Positions 29,001-37,060 of a DNA stretch of 64,000 nucleotides are shown piece by piece (within the stretch, counting starts at the first letter, position 1; each line of letters opens with the position of its first letter). Both the position numbers and the translations under genes were made by a program. The notes under the pieces are model-generated. The model did no database searches. It was not told the DNA's origin and saw only the letters and a list, made by a program, of their open reading frames with translations. The stretch is taken from contig CAMBXO010000014.1 of NCBI GenBank assembly GCA_945871915.1, forward strand, positions 2,124-66,123, in the 5' to 3' direction. The DNA is from Singulisphaera sp. GP187 (lineage in GTDB: Bacteria > Planctomycetota > Phycisphaerae > Phycisphaerales > SM1A02).

Positions 29001-29587
29001 CTGGTCAACCCCTGGCGAACCTTTTCAAATTCGATCTCGGTCTTGGCAACTTGAGTTTCCGCGGCAGCAACGCCTTGGCCGGAAGCCGCGGCGGCTTCCA
29101 ACTCCTGTCGTGCCTTTCGCATCGCATCGAATGCAGTTTGGGCTGCGGCCACTTTGGCCGCCATCACACTGTCTGCACCTCCAAACAATGAAACGGCTTT
29201 CCCGGCTCCCAAAGCTTGCTCGAATTCGGTGACATCCAAGCGGGTGCGCTTCACCAGTGCCGAAAGAGCATCCCGAAAAGTGCCTTGTTTCTCCTGCACT
29301 TCAGGGCTTGGCAGAGGCATGACCACTTCGATCCGATCACGCCCTTGTGGAGCAAAGCTAATGTCAAGCACACCGGTTGGATTCACCCGCTGTTTCAAGA
29401 CCTCGATGACTTGCTTCACCACTTGCGCACTGTCAGCGTCTGGCGGCAACTTCACCGAATAGGTCAGGCTGACGCCTCCACGCAAATCTTTACCAAGTCT
29501 CAGCGTGTCCTTGGGTGGCCACACCAGCAGAAAGAGACCGAGGGTAAGTCCGATGACCAGTGCGCTATGCAAGCCGATGCGGTTCAT
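26066..29587 (-). CDS. secDF: fused protein-export membrane protein SecD/SecF
   Basis: Start re-picked to ATG 29587 (MNRIGLHSALVIGLTLG...). SecD and SecF 6-TM modules are both present, and the periplasmic P1 region is very large. Confidence 0.93.
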   Translation of the reverse strand: MNRIGLHSALVIGLTLGLFLLVWPPKDTLRLGKDLRGGVSLTYSVKLPPDADSAQVVKQVIEVLKQRVNPTGVLDISFAPQGRDRIEVVMPLPSPEVQEKQGTFRDALSALVKRTRLDVTEFEQALGAGKAVSLFGGADSVMAAKVAAAQTAFDAMRKARQELEAAAASGQGVAAAETQVAKTEIEFEKVRQGLTSRGVSESRVTGILSLDVAPQVVRDLKTGQPQVAPDRSVQTGLSLRSKAIGDLRAEYPIATSEIDALVAAWTDYEKMRTSLDDPEDLKRLFRGSGVIEFRIAVSDRAPEGVNPQQMRDDLRAHGAIPGQSPLAAWFPINDLKQWADTPTERALLEQDPAAFFAARDMVGGLGDGRVYILLHTTPERSLTHSGGKSWAIERASRSIDELGRTSVAFRLDQAGGQEMSRLTGPNVGKPMAIVLDGQVYTAPTLQSRIGGSGQITGSFGEEEIRYLIRVLSAGALQGQLSSEPVSVNVLGPALGSDNLVRGLQAVVLSIGVTAIMMLLYYLVAGVIADLSLFVNATVIFGVMAFMDATFTLPGLAGIALSVAMAVDANVLIYERIREELVNNGESLRNGIRIGFARAFSAIFDGNITNLIVCMVLILFAGTEVKGFGVSMAIGVFATFISGLWVTRVLLGFWTGPMHRRSLPMLPILAPAVARALHPKVDWLRLKPVLLAGTSVVAVICLTGIVVRGGDIFDTEFRGGVAMTMSTRLAKPGEPANSEGQLLLSRSDVERRIHAVGTANPTDPILSELRSATVLTVGKQTEGFEASSFQIKSSNPSGGEVDESRITNTVTNAVVKEFASELDARLPSTFTGSGDPLHAPYTFAIEKDRLGDNVGRSGLDRPVGAFRGGLAVVLENVDPPVTVDDVSKRLQRLRNQPDFAAQAGRDVEVVGFDPATTRDGQPGFKSLVVLVNDPTVNSLKVDLSVWESGLAAPEWKLISAALGQGTTMDQVSSFSPAVARSLVANAVVAVVLSLVLMLGYIWLRFGSLRFSSSTVVALLFNLIVCLGLLSFSNLVAQTNLGSAFLVSDFRIDLNVVAGLLTIVGYSLNDTVVIMDRIRENRGKSPFLTRAVVNASINQTFSRTILTGGSSIATAVILYSLGGTGIRPFAFTFLIGLIAGTFSSVAVAATLVYSRRADPTNSDHPREAIAAALPA

Positions 29588-29624
29588 GAAACGTTTTCCT
29601 GTGCGAATTGAGTTGGTCGAGTGT

Positions 29625-30047
29625 TCAGTTGTCTTGAGTCGTCGTCGCCGCCGTCTCTGGTGCAATGGTCAGAATGGCGGCAATGGCATCTCGTGTAAAC
29701 GTCACGCGAACATCTCGACCCTCTTCAACTTTCAAGACCACAACATCCGGCTTCACTTCAGCCACGAAGCCGATCAATCCACCTGTGGTCACGACTCGAT
29801 CGTGCTTCTTCAGAGCGGAGAGCATCTGATCCTTTTTCTTCTTCTGCTTGCGGCCACTGAACATGCTCAGCAACATCGCACCGAACAACACCGGAAGCAG
29901 CATCCACATAAAGTCCGCACCGGGTGGTGCCGCTGGTGCACTCGTCGGGGTGCCGGGCACTTGCGATCCCGCGGTGCCTGCCGCCGGGGCTTGTTGCGTG
30001 GCGGGTTGACCTGCGAGTGACGGACCATCTTGAAACGCAAACATCAT
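29625..30047 (-). CDS. yajC: preprotein translocase subunit YajC
   Basis: Single TM followed by KKKDQMLSALKKHDRVVTTGGLIGFV. ATGA overlap with the tgt stop. Confidence 0.9.
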   Translation of the reverse strand: MMFAFQDGPSLAGQPATQQAPAAGTAGSQVPGTPTSAPAAPPGADFMWMLLPVLFGAMLLSMFSGRKQKKKKDQMLSALKKHDRVVTTGGLIGFVAEVKPDVVVLKVEEGRDVRVTFTRDAIAAILTIAPETAATTTQDN

Positions 30048-31195
30048 TCGGATTCTTCTCCGTTGGGCTCAGGATCGGCTGCCGAGAGGCATGGCCAGTC
30101 GCTCCGGAGCGAGGACCACGCATTGCACACGATTGCTCGCCGAATGTCCAGCATGAGCCTTTGGTAGAGCCTGAGATTGTGCAGGCTGACAAGGGTCGGA
30201 CCAAGCATTTCGCCCGCAGAAAAGAGGTGTCTGAGATAGCCCCGGCTCAATCCATTGGCACAGGTCGAACAGTCGCAATCGCTCTCAATTGGGTTCTGGT
30301 CAAGTGCCCAGCGGGCGTTGCGAAGCCGAAGCGGCCCCGCCCGAGTAAAGGCAAGCGCATTACGACCGTTTCGAGTGGGCAACACGCAATCAAACATGTC
30401 CACTCCGGCCGCAACGGCCATCACGATGTCGCGTGGGTAACCAACACCCATGAGATAGCGAGGTCGATCCACTGGAAGCAGCGGTGTTGTGAACTGAACC
30501 ACGTCTGCGATCGCGTTGGCCGACTCACCCACCGCCACGCCACCGATGGCATAGCCGGGAAGTTCGATGGCGCAGGTCTGTTCCACACTCTGTTTGCGTA
30601 GAGCACAATCCGTTCCACCTTGCACGATGCCAAAGAGACTTTGCCTTTGGGTATCCGTGTGCGCCACCTTGCAACGTTGCAGCCACGCCACACTTCGCTG
30701 CACCGCTTGCTCCACACGTTGCTGTGGCACATCCGCAGCGGCCGGCGGACAATCGTCAAACGCCATGATGATGTCCGCACCAATCTGATTCTGCGCGCGC
30801 ATACTGATCTCTGGCGTCATGCGCACCAACGCCCCGTCCACGAAAGATCGAAAGGTGACACCGTCGTCATCAAGCGTTCGCAAATCCGCCATTGAAAAGG
30901 CTTGAAAACCTCCAGAGTCCGTCAAGATTGGTCCGTGCCATCGCATAAACGTGTGTGACGAACCAAAGGCTGCGATGCGCTCGCTGCCAGGCCGAAGCAT
31001 GCAATGCAGCGTGTTGTTGAGAAGAATCTGCGAACCCGTTGACTTCACTTGTTCTGGCGTGAGACCCTTCATCGCCGCCGCCGTTGCAACAGGCATAAAG
31101 GCTGGCGTGTCGAAGACTCCATGCGGCGTCTGCACCCGACCGATGCGAGCGTTGTTTTCGCTGGAGCGACCAAGAATCTCAAAGCGAATCGCCAT
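30044..31195 (-). CDS. tgt: queuine tRNA-ribosyltransferase
   Basis: TPHGVFDTPAFMPV, TDSGGFQ, FGIVQGG and the Zn motif CDCSTC...H. Confidence 0.97.
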   Translation of the reverse strand: MAIRFEILGRSSENNARIGRVQTPHGVFDTPAFMPVATAAAMKGLTPEQVKSTGSQILLNNTLHCMLRPGSERIAAFGSSHTFMRWHGPILTDSGGFQAFSMADLRTLDDDGVTFRSFVDGALVRMTPEISMRAQNQIGADIIMAFDDCPPAAADVPQQRVEQAVQRSVAWLQRCKVAHTDTQRQSLFGIVQGGTDCALRKQSVEQTCAIELPGYAIGGVAVGESANAIADVVQFTTPLLPVDRPRYLMGVGYPRDIVMAVAAGVDMFDCVLPTRNGRNALAFTRAGPLRLRNARWALDQNPIESDCDCSTCANGLSRGYLRHLFSAGEMLGPTLVSLHNLRLYQRLMLDIRRAIVCNAWSSLRSDWPCLSAADPEPNGEESE

Positions 31196-31198
31196 GGC

Positions 31199-32323
31199 TC
31201 AGGGCTGACTTGCCTTGCGAAGCACCTGACGCTCGTCCTCGGAAAGACTCTGCAGCCCCTTCTGCCTGATCTTGTCAAGAATGCGGTCGATCTCAGCCGC
31301 GGCGACCACGCCACGAGCGCGGCTGCTTCGAACACGACGAGATTGACTGGTCGGATCCACTCGCCCCATCCAATCGAACAACGCGTGAAGCGTGTCGGGG
31401 TTTCGGATCAACCAAAATCCTGCAATGGCTCCACCAAGATGTGCCGCTTCGCCACCCGCATTCGCGGTGCCGAAAAAGATGCTCACCAGCGCCAACCCCA
31501 CCAATCCATATGCCAGCGTTCGCAATTGCATGGGTAAGACAAAGAACAGCAGCACCATGGATCGAGGCGAGAGAAACGCTGCAGCCATGATCACACCAAA
31601 GACTCCTGCACTGGCACCCACCAGCGGCGTGGTGGGATCATTCACCAGCAGAAATGGAATGTGCAGGGTCGGCTTCCACATGGCGATCTGGGTTCCAAGA
31701 AAGTTCAGCACCAAATACATCGCCGCTCCGCAGATTCCGCAGAGCAGATAAAAGGCGGCGTAGCGTTTGGAACCTAGGTATCGCTCAGCGACTGGACCAA
31801 AGAACCACAGCCCCATCATGTTGAAGATCAGGTGGGTCATGTCAGCATGTAAAAACTGAAATCCGATGAATCGCCATACTTGTGGGAATCCACTTCCACC
31901 GCCACTGTTGCCCATCAACGCCGTTGAGGTACTGAAATGAAGCAGTGATTTCAGTGGCGTGGTTGGAATCGAAAACGCAAATCCAACAATGGCTCCTTGG
32001 CTTTCGAGTGCTTGAACCCGCAATTGACTGTTGGCAAGGTGCGCTCGCTGTGCTGCAACAATGAGCACCGGCCCCCATTCCTGCGCGGCTCGCGATAGGG
32101 GCAATGGTTCGGTGACCAGTTTCCACCGGGCACCCTCTGCAGGAGCGGACGCTCCATCAAGCGTGATGCGCTCAACCTCAATAACGCTCTTGGCTGCTTT
32201 CCCTAAGAACCCGTCAAGAACGAACACCGCAATGCAAATGCCAATAATCCAACTGTTCACGCTCCACGAGGCAGCTCGCGAGCGCGACACGGAACGGTTC
32301 CATTCTCGATCTGCAAAACCCAT
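31199..32323 (-). CDS. rhomboid-family intramembrane serine protease with long L1 loop and conserved C-terminal tail motif
   Basis: FLHADMTHLIFNM (HxxxN), VGASAGVFG (GxSG Ser) and AHLGGAIAGF (His) are all intact. The C-terminus reads AAEIDRILDKIRQKGLQSLSEDERQVLRKAS. Confidence 0.9.
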   Translation of the reverse strand: MGFADREWNRSVSRSRAASWSVNSWIIGICIAVFVLDGFLGKAAKSVIEVERITLDGASAPAEGARWKLVTEPLPLSRAAQEWGPVLIVAAQRAHLANSQLRVQALESQGAIVGFAFSIPTTPLKSLLHFSTSTALMGNSGGGSGFPQVWRFIGFQFLHADMTHLIFNMMGLWFFGPVAERYLGSKRYAAFYLLCGICGAAMYLVLNFLGTQIAMWKPTLHIPFLLVNDPTTPLVGASAGVFGVIMAAAFLSPRSMVLLFFVLPMQLRTLAYGLVGLALVSIFFGTANAGGEAAHLGGAIAGFWLIRNPDTLHALFDWMGRVDPTSQSRRVRSSRARGVVAAAEIDRILDKIRQKGLQSLSEDERQVLRKASQP

Positions 32324-32332
32324 TGTTCGAGG

Positions 32333-33346
32333 CTAGCGATTGCCCCCACCGCCGTCACGCCTTCGTCGCGTGGCCGCTCGCAATTTCCATTTCTCTCGAA
32401 AAGAAAGACTGGCCATTCCGCCTCGATTGATTTTTTCCAGAATCCGATCGATTTCCACTTTGTCATCGGCTTGCCGCGGGGTTGGAACTCGATCCGTTGG
32501 AGCATGCAACTCAAAAGCATCGGAACTCTCTGCACGCACCAGCGTTTCGCGGCTTGAAATCCACACCACCAAGGCAGCCGCCACCAGCATCCAATAATCA
32601 AACGCAAGCGACGCCACCAACAACAGGACGGCGACGACCACACCAGACTTTGCGGTGGTGCGTGCGGCTTCGCTCCATGAAAGCCTTTGTTGAAGACGAG
32701 CCATCAGGACTCTTCCACCAGTAAGCGGAAACGCCGGCAGGAGTTGCAATGACAGCGAGACCATGTTGCACCACTGCAGCAACCACAGCGTTTCAATCAA
32801 CCAGCCAGAATGCGTTAGGGAGAGAACCCGAAAGCCTTCAAGGGACCATGGCATGGGGATCGCACCATCCACGAAGCGACCAGTCTTCCATGCCAGCACG
32901 ATCCCAAGGAGCAACCCAAGAACGGCTTGCCACATCCACGCTGCCGCGGCAACCCATGTCGAGGGTGCTTGCCCGTTATCCCGTGGCGTGGCATTGGACA
33001 GGCCACCAAGCGGCCACAACAACCACTCATCTAGGTCGCTTCCCGATTTTCGCAGTGCAGAAGCTCGAACCGCTTCGTGAAACCACGCCAGCAGAAAACA
33101 GCAGGCCAGCGCCGTTGCTGTAGGAGCCCAAGCCAAAGAACGGGCTCCACCGGTCATGCTGGCACGCAGAAGTTCGACCACTGCGATCAGCAGAAAGACC
33201 GCGTGAATGCGTAAGGACACTCGACCCATGCGAGCCAGATGAATCGACCAGGTCATGGGTGATTCGAACTTTGCTTGCGGGCTTCTGAAATCTCCCTCAA
33301 GGCCCCCAGGTTGCTGGTCAGATTCATGGTCTCGCCACGAAGTCAT
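32333..33346 (-). CDS. site-2-protease (M50)-like membrane protein with substituted metal ligands (predicted inactive)
   Basis: M50 layout is present, but HExxH reads HEAVR, and LLPAFPLTGGRVL replaces the canonical LLPxxPLDGGR. The C-terminus reads VEIDRILEKINRGGMASLSFREKWKLRAAT. Start at ATG 33346 is uncertain (the ORF track extends to 33562). Confidence 0.72.
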   Translation of the reverse strand: MTSWRDHESDQQPGGLEGDFRSPQAKFESPMTWSIHLARMGRVSLRIHAVFLLIAVVELLRASMTGGARSLAWAPTATALACCFLLAWFHEAVRASALRKSGSDLDEWLLWPLGGLSNATPRDNGQAPSTWVAAAAWMWQAVLGLLLGIVLAWKTGRFVDGAIPMPWSLEGFRVLSLTHSGWLIETLWLLQWCNMVSLSLQLLPAFPLTGGRVLMARLQQRLSWSEAARTTAKSGVVVAVLLLVASLAFDYWMLVAAALVVWISSRETLVRAESSDAFELHAPTDRVPTPRQADDKVEIDRILEKINRGGMASLSFREKWKLRAATRRRRDGGGGNR

Positions 33347-33427
33347 GTCAGGCTCCTCGCCGAGGACACCATACAGCCAACACCTTCGCGGCACCGTTCT
33401 CCCAAGATCGTTCGGAACGGTGGTTGC

Positions 33428-34270
33428 ATGCACGCCATGATTGGGGATGATACGGCGGTGGCCGCACAACTTCCTTTCGCTCTTCGGGTCGCCAATCTCC
33501 ACAAAGCCTTTGGTTCGCTCAAAGTTCTGCAAGGCGTCACGCTGAACATTCCGCGGGGCCAACAGATGGTGATCATGGGACCCAGCGGCTGCGGCAAGAG
33601 CGTGCTTCTGCGATCCTTGATTGGATTAGAACGAATCGACCGGGGTGAAGTGCATTTTGGTTCGCAGCGCATCGACACGCTGGACGAACTCGCACTCCGT
33701 CCGATTCGCTTACGAGTGGGGTTTCTCTTTCAACAGAGTGCGTTGTTTGACTCGCTTTCGGTGCGGGAGAATGTCGGATTCCCGCTGGTGGAACATGGCA
33801 TGGTCCTGGATTCAGAGGTGGATGATCGAGTTCACACCATGCTTCGCTTGGTGGGGCTTGAAGACAAACTCAATGAAATGCCGGCAACACTCTCTGGCGG
33901 GCAACGCAAGCGGGTGGCGCTGGCTCGGGCAATTGTTCTGCACCCCGAAGTGATTATGTACGACGAGCCGACGACCGGCCTTGACCCCATCACCGCTGAC
34001 TTGATCAATGAACTCATTCTTAAACTGGCCTCCGAACTGGGAATCACCAGCGTGATCGTGACCCACGATCTGGCCAGTGCATTCAAAGTGGGCAATCGCA
34101 TTGTGATGCTGCACGACGGTGTGGTTCGACACGAAGCCGACACCGCTTCGTTTGGGGCAAGTTCTGATCCTGTGGTCATTCGTTTCCTGAAGGGCGAGGC
34201 CAATCCTGAAGAACTTGCTGAAATCAATCGTGGCCATGGCTCCGACACAACAACGGCGACTTCCGCATAG
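33428..34270 (+). CDS. ABC transporter ATP-binding protein, MlaF/Mkl-like
   Basis: GPSGCGKS, LSGGQRKRVALARAI and MYDEPTTGLDP. Start re-picked to ATG 33428. Confidence 0.85.
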   Translation: MHAMIGDDTAVAAQLPFALRVANLHKAFGSLKVLQGVTLNIPRGQQMVIMGPSGCGKSVLLRSLIGLERIDRGEVHFGSQRIDTLDELALRPIRLRVGFLFQQSALFDSLSVRENVGFPLVEHGMVLDSEVDDRVHTMLRLVGLEDKLNEMPATLSGGQRKRVALARAIVLHPEVIMYDEPTTGLDPITADLINELILKLASELGITSVIVTHDLASAFKVGNRIVMLHDGVVRHEADTASFGASSDPVVIRFLKGEANPEELAEINRGHGSDTTTATSA

Positions 34271-34280
34271 AGTGCAACCC

Positions 34281-34886
34281 ATGCGTCATCCATGGCAGGA
34301 TTTCATGGTGGGGTTGTTCTCAATCATTGCTCTGGCAGGATTGGCAACGCTGCTGCTGTTCTTCGGTGAACTCACCTTTCTGCTTGAGAGTCGCTATTCG
34401 CTCCCGCTGCGGGCCAATGCCGCTTCCGGCCTTCGGGTCGGCAGCCAAGTGATGCTTGAGGGCGTGCCTGTGGGAGAAGTGGGCGAGATTTCGCTTGACC
34501 ACGAAGCGGCTCTGCCTGTGCGAATCGTCTTGCGGGTGGACACGCGACACCAGATTCCGGCCTGTGTGAAACCAGCCATTAGTGCGGGGCTTCTTGGTGG
34601 TGGTTCGCGGATCGATCTACGCATTCCAAGCAACGGCGATCCGACGGTGATGATCGATCAATCCAATCCTGCACCGATTGATGTGCGGTTTACCTCGTTT
34701 GGCGAACAAATCGAAATCATTCTTGACCATCTCACCAACGGTCAAGGCACCATCGGTCGATTGCTCAACGATTCGTCCCTGTATGACAACATGGCCGATT
34801 CGGCTCAACGACTCACGTTGACGCTTCGGGACCTGCAGATTTTGGTCCGCAAGGTCAAAGAAGAAGGAATCGATCTTAAGTTTTAG
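34281..34886 (+). CDS. MlaD/MCE-domain protein
   Basis: N-terminal TM (VGLFSIIALAGLATLLLFF), then an MCE-like GLRVGSQVMLEGVPVGEVGEI segment. Confidence 0.78.
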   Translation: MRHPWQDFMVGLFSIIALAGLATLLLFFGELTFLLESRYSLPLRANAASGLRVGSQVMLEGVPVGEVGEISLDHEAALPVRIVLRVDTRHQIPACVKPAISAGLLGGGSRIDLRIPSNGDPTVMIDQSNPAPIDVRFTSFGEQIEIILDHLTNGQGTIGRLLNDSSLYDNMADSAQRLTLTLRDLQILVRKVKEEGIDLKF

Positions 34887-35502
34887 GTGAGCTCTCGTCG
34901 ACCACAATCACTTCCACTCGTCGACTAAGCGGCTTGGTCTTGAGTGGAACATCTGGTCCGAAACTGGAGAGCGAAGCCAATTTGCTCTCGAGGCCTTTGC
35001 TCACCAGATATTCACGCACCGAGTAGGCCCGATCAAAGCCCAGGTGGTAATTGCTCTTGTAGCCCGATCGCTTGATTGGGTCGGTATCAGTAAACCCAGC
35101 GACGCGGACAAACTTGCCGGAGTATTTTTCCTGCAGCACGGCGCTGATCTTGTCCAAGCTCTTCTTGGCCGTGTCCTTCAGTTTGTCGCTACCGCTTGCA
35201 AAGAGAACATCGCCTTCAATGCTGACATGCAATTCGTTTCCAATTCGCGTTGCACTCACACCTTCGATCCCGGCAAAATCGCTTGCCGAAGCAGTTTCGG
35301 TTGTCTTGCTTGCATCGGTCGCGCGTGCTTCGGCAGCCTGACGCTCTCGCTCCGCAGTCTCAAGTGCCGCATTGGCCTTATCCAGTTGCTGCCGCAGAGT
35401 TTCATTTTCTGTTTGCAAGGCCGCGGCGTCTGGAGTGCTCTTGCATCCGACTGCAAACACAACGAGCCCGATGGAGGCGATGGCAAGGATGCGATGGGTC
35501 AT
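34876..35502 (-). CDS. OmpA/MotB-domain lipoprotein with coiled-coil linker
   Basis: MTHRILAIASIGLVVFAVGC|K lipobox. OmpA-like FASGSDKL...VAGFTDTDP...N..LGFDRA..V. Confidence 0.85.
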   Translation of the reverse strand: MTHRILAIASIGLVVFAVGCKSTPDAAALQTENETLRQQLDKANAALETAERERQAAEARATDASKTTETASASDFAGIEGVSATRIGNELHVSIEGDVLFASGSDKLKDTAKKSLDKISAVLQEKYSGKFVRVAGFTDTDPIKRSGYKSNYHLGFDRAYSVREYLVSKGLESKLASLSSFGPDVPLKTKPLSRRVEVIVVDESSPKT

Positions 35503-35608
35503 ATGAGGTGCTTTCTCTTGGTGGAAGTTGACGAGGCAACAGATTGGCGGCAAGGGTAATACGGGTGCGTTCGTTGTGCCCGGCGAGACGACACCGACTG
35601 TGGATAAG

Positions 35609-36772
35609 TCACGGGATTCCAAAGAGGATCCGAGCGGCGGGAACCACCCACGGTCGACCCAAATACACCACCACAACCGCGAGCGCAAGATGCGGCCCAT
35701 ACGGCAGTTCCCGTGCGGTCTTTCCACGAAATTTGGCTAGGCCGCCACTCACGGCAACCCATGTCAATGCCAGAAACGGAGCGGCCAGATACGCAAGCCC
35801 CGCATCCCTCCAACCGATGACAGCGCCGGCGGCTGCCATCAAATGGACATCCCCAAGCCCCATTGCTTCGCGGCCAAAGGCAAGGGTGCCAAGAATTCGT
35901 GTCATCCAAATCGTGGCCGCACCCACGGTCATGCCCAAACCACTTGACCCAAGAGCCTGCAACGGAATCGGCAGTTGGGTGTCCCGCAACAGAATCCCGC
36001 CAGCGATGGCGCCGCACGCCGGCAGTGCAAGGAAGATCAATTCCTTAAGGACTTCTGTTCTGGCGATCGATGGTGGCACATCGGCGATCGGATCCACCTG
36101 TGCAAAGCTGCGAGGAAGCCATCCCTTCCACAACAGAATGCCGGCGATCACAGAGCCAAGCAATGCGCCGAGGCCAACGCCAATCCAGAGCGGGCTCAGC
36201 ACACCGGTGGGCCATCCATTGGTGAGTGTGGCTTGGGAGTCTGGAACGAAGAATCCTTGAATGGTCATGCACGCCAGACCAACACCAAGCGCCAAGGAAG
36301 TGAGACCAAGCGGAATGAAGCCCGTTTCAGCGTCGATCAATGCCACCGCAAGCAAGCACCCCCACAAAGTCAGAACGGCCAGCAAGGTTGGGGCGCTCGT
36401 CCACGCACCAAGCCGGAGCCACCACATGGTTTGCGCGGGAAGCACGTCTGTAAACGGTCCGGCGAAGAGCAACAGAACCGTTCCCGCAAACACCATGGCC
36501 GTGGCGCATTCGACCACCACGTGCGACATGCCAAAGACAACACCACAACTTCTGCAACGGCCTCGCAAAAGAAACCACGAAGCGATTGGAATGTTCTCCC
36601 ACCACACAAGGGATCTTCCGCACGCTCCGCAACGACTCGCCGGATGCACAATGCCCTGCCCTCGCGGCCACCGCCAGGCAATCACATTCACAAAACTTCC
36701 CACGCTCGCACCGAGCGCAAAGAAGAATGCGGCTTGCATGATGGCTGGTACGAGAATCACCAGGCGATCCAT
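35609..36772 (-). CDS. pilD: prepilin peptidase / N-methyltransferase (A24 family)
   Basis: GSFVNVIAWRWP...CGACGRSL.WWENIPI.SW...RGRCRSCG, plus the downstream GLGDVHLMAAAG. Confidence 0.9.
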   Translation of the reverse strand: MDRLVILVPAIMQAAFFFALGASVGSFVNVIAWRWPRGQGIVHPASRCGACGRSLVWWENIPIASWFLLRGRCRSCGVVFGMSHVVVECATAMVFAGTVLLLFAGPFTDVLPAQTMWWLRLGAWTSAPTLLAVLTLWGCLLAVALIDAETGFIPLGLTSLALGVGLACMTIQGFFVPDSQATLTNGWPTGVLSPLWIGVGLGALLGSVIAGILLWKGWLPRSFAQVDPIADVPPSIARTEVLKELIFLALPACGAIAGGILLRDTQLPIPLQALGSSGLGMTVGAATIWMTRILGTLAFGREAMGLGDVHLMAAAGAVIGWRDAGLAYLAAPFLALTWVAVSGGLAKFRGKTARELPYGPHLALAVVVVYLGRPWVVPAARILFGIP

Positions 36773-36790
36773 GCCCGGTCCTTCCTGCGG

Positions 36791-37051
36791 CTACGCGCCG
36801 CCGTCGCCTGCCTGCAATTGATCCAGATCAAGTTGCACGATTCGCTTCTGGGCATCGTCCAAAATGCCTTTACAGCGGGCCACAAGATTTCGCCCTCGTT
36901 CAAAGGCTTGAAGGCTTTCTTCCAAGGGCACATCGCCTTGTTCCATGCGCTGCACCAAGGTTTCCAATTCCTGCATTGCGGATTCATAGGTCATGCTCGC
37001 TGTGGCATCTTTGGAGCGACCATCCGATGGAAGTGCTTGGTTGCGAGCCAT
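36791..37051 (-). CDS. xseB: exodeoxyribonuclease VII small subunit
   Basis: YESAMQELETLVQRMEQGDVPLEESLQAFERG..L...C. Confidence 0.9.
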   Translation of the reverse strand: MARNQALPSDGRSKDATASMTYESAMQELETLVQRMEQGDVPLEESLQAFERGRNLVARCKGILDDAQKRIVQLDLDQLQAGDGGA

Positions 37052-37060
37052 GCAAGGAAT

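Noticed and set aside
29588-29665. Poly-Arg N-terminal extension (MHQRRRRRR...) on SecDF, and similar extensions on the ankyrin (11123-11332) and M32 (9318-9458) ORFs
   Set aside because: Downstream starts give homologue-like N-termini or signal peptides. The extensions overlap neighbouring genes or spacers.
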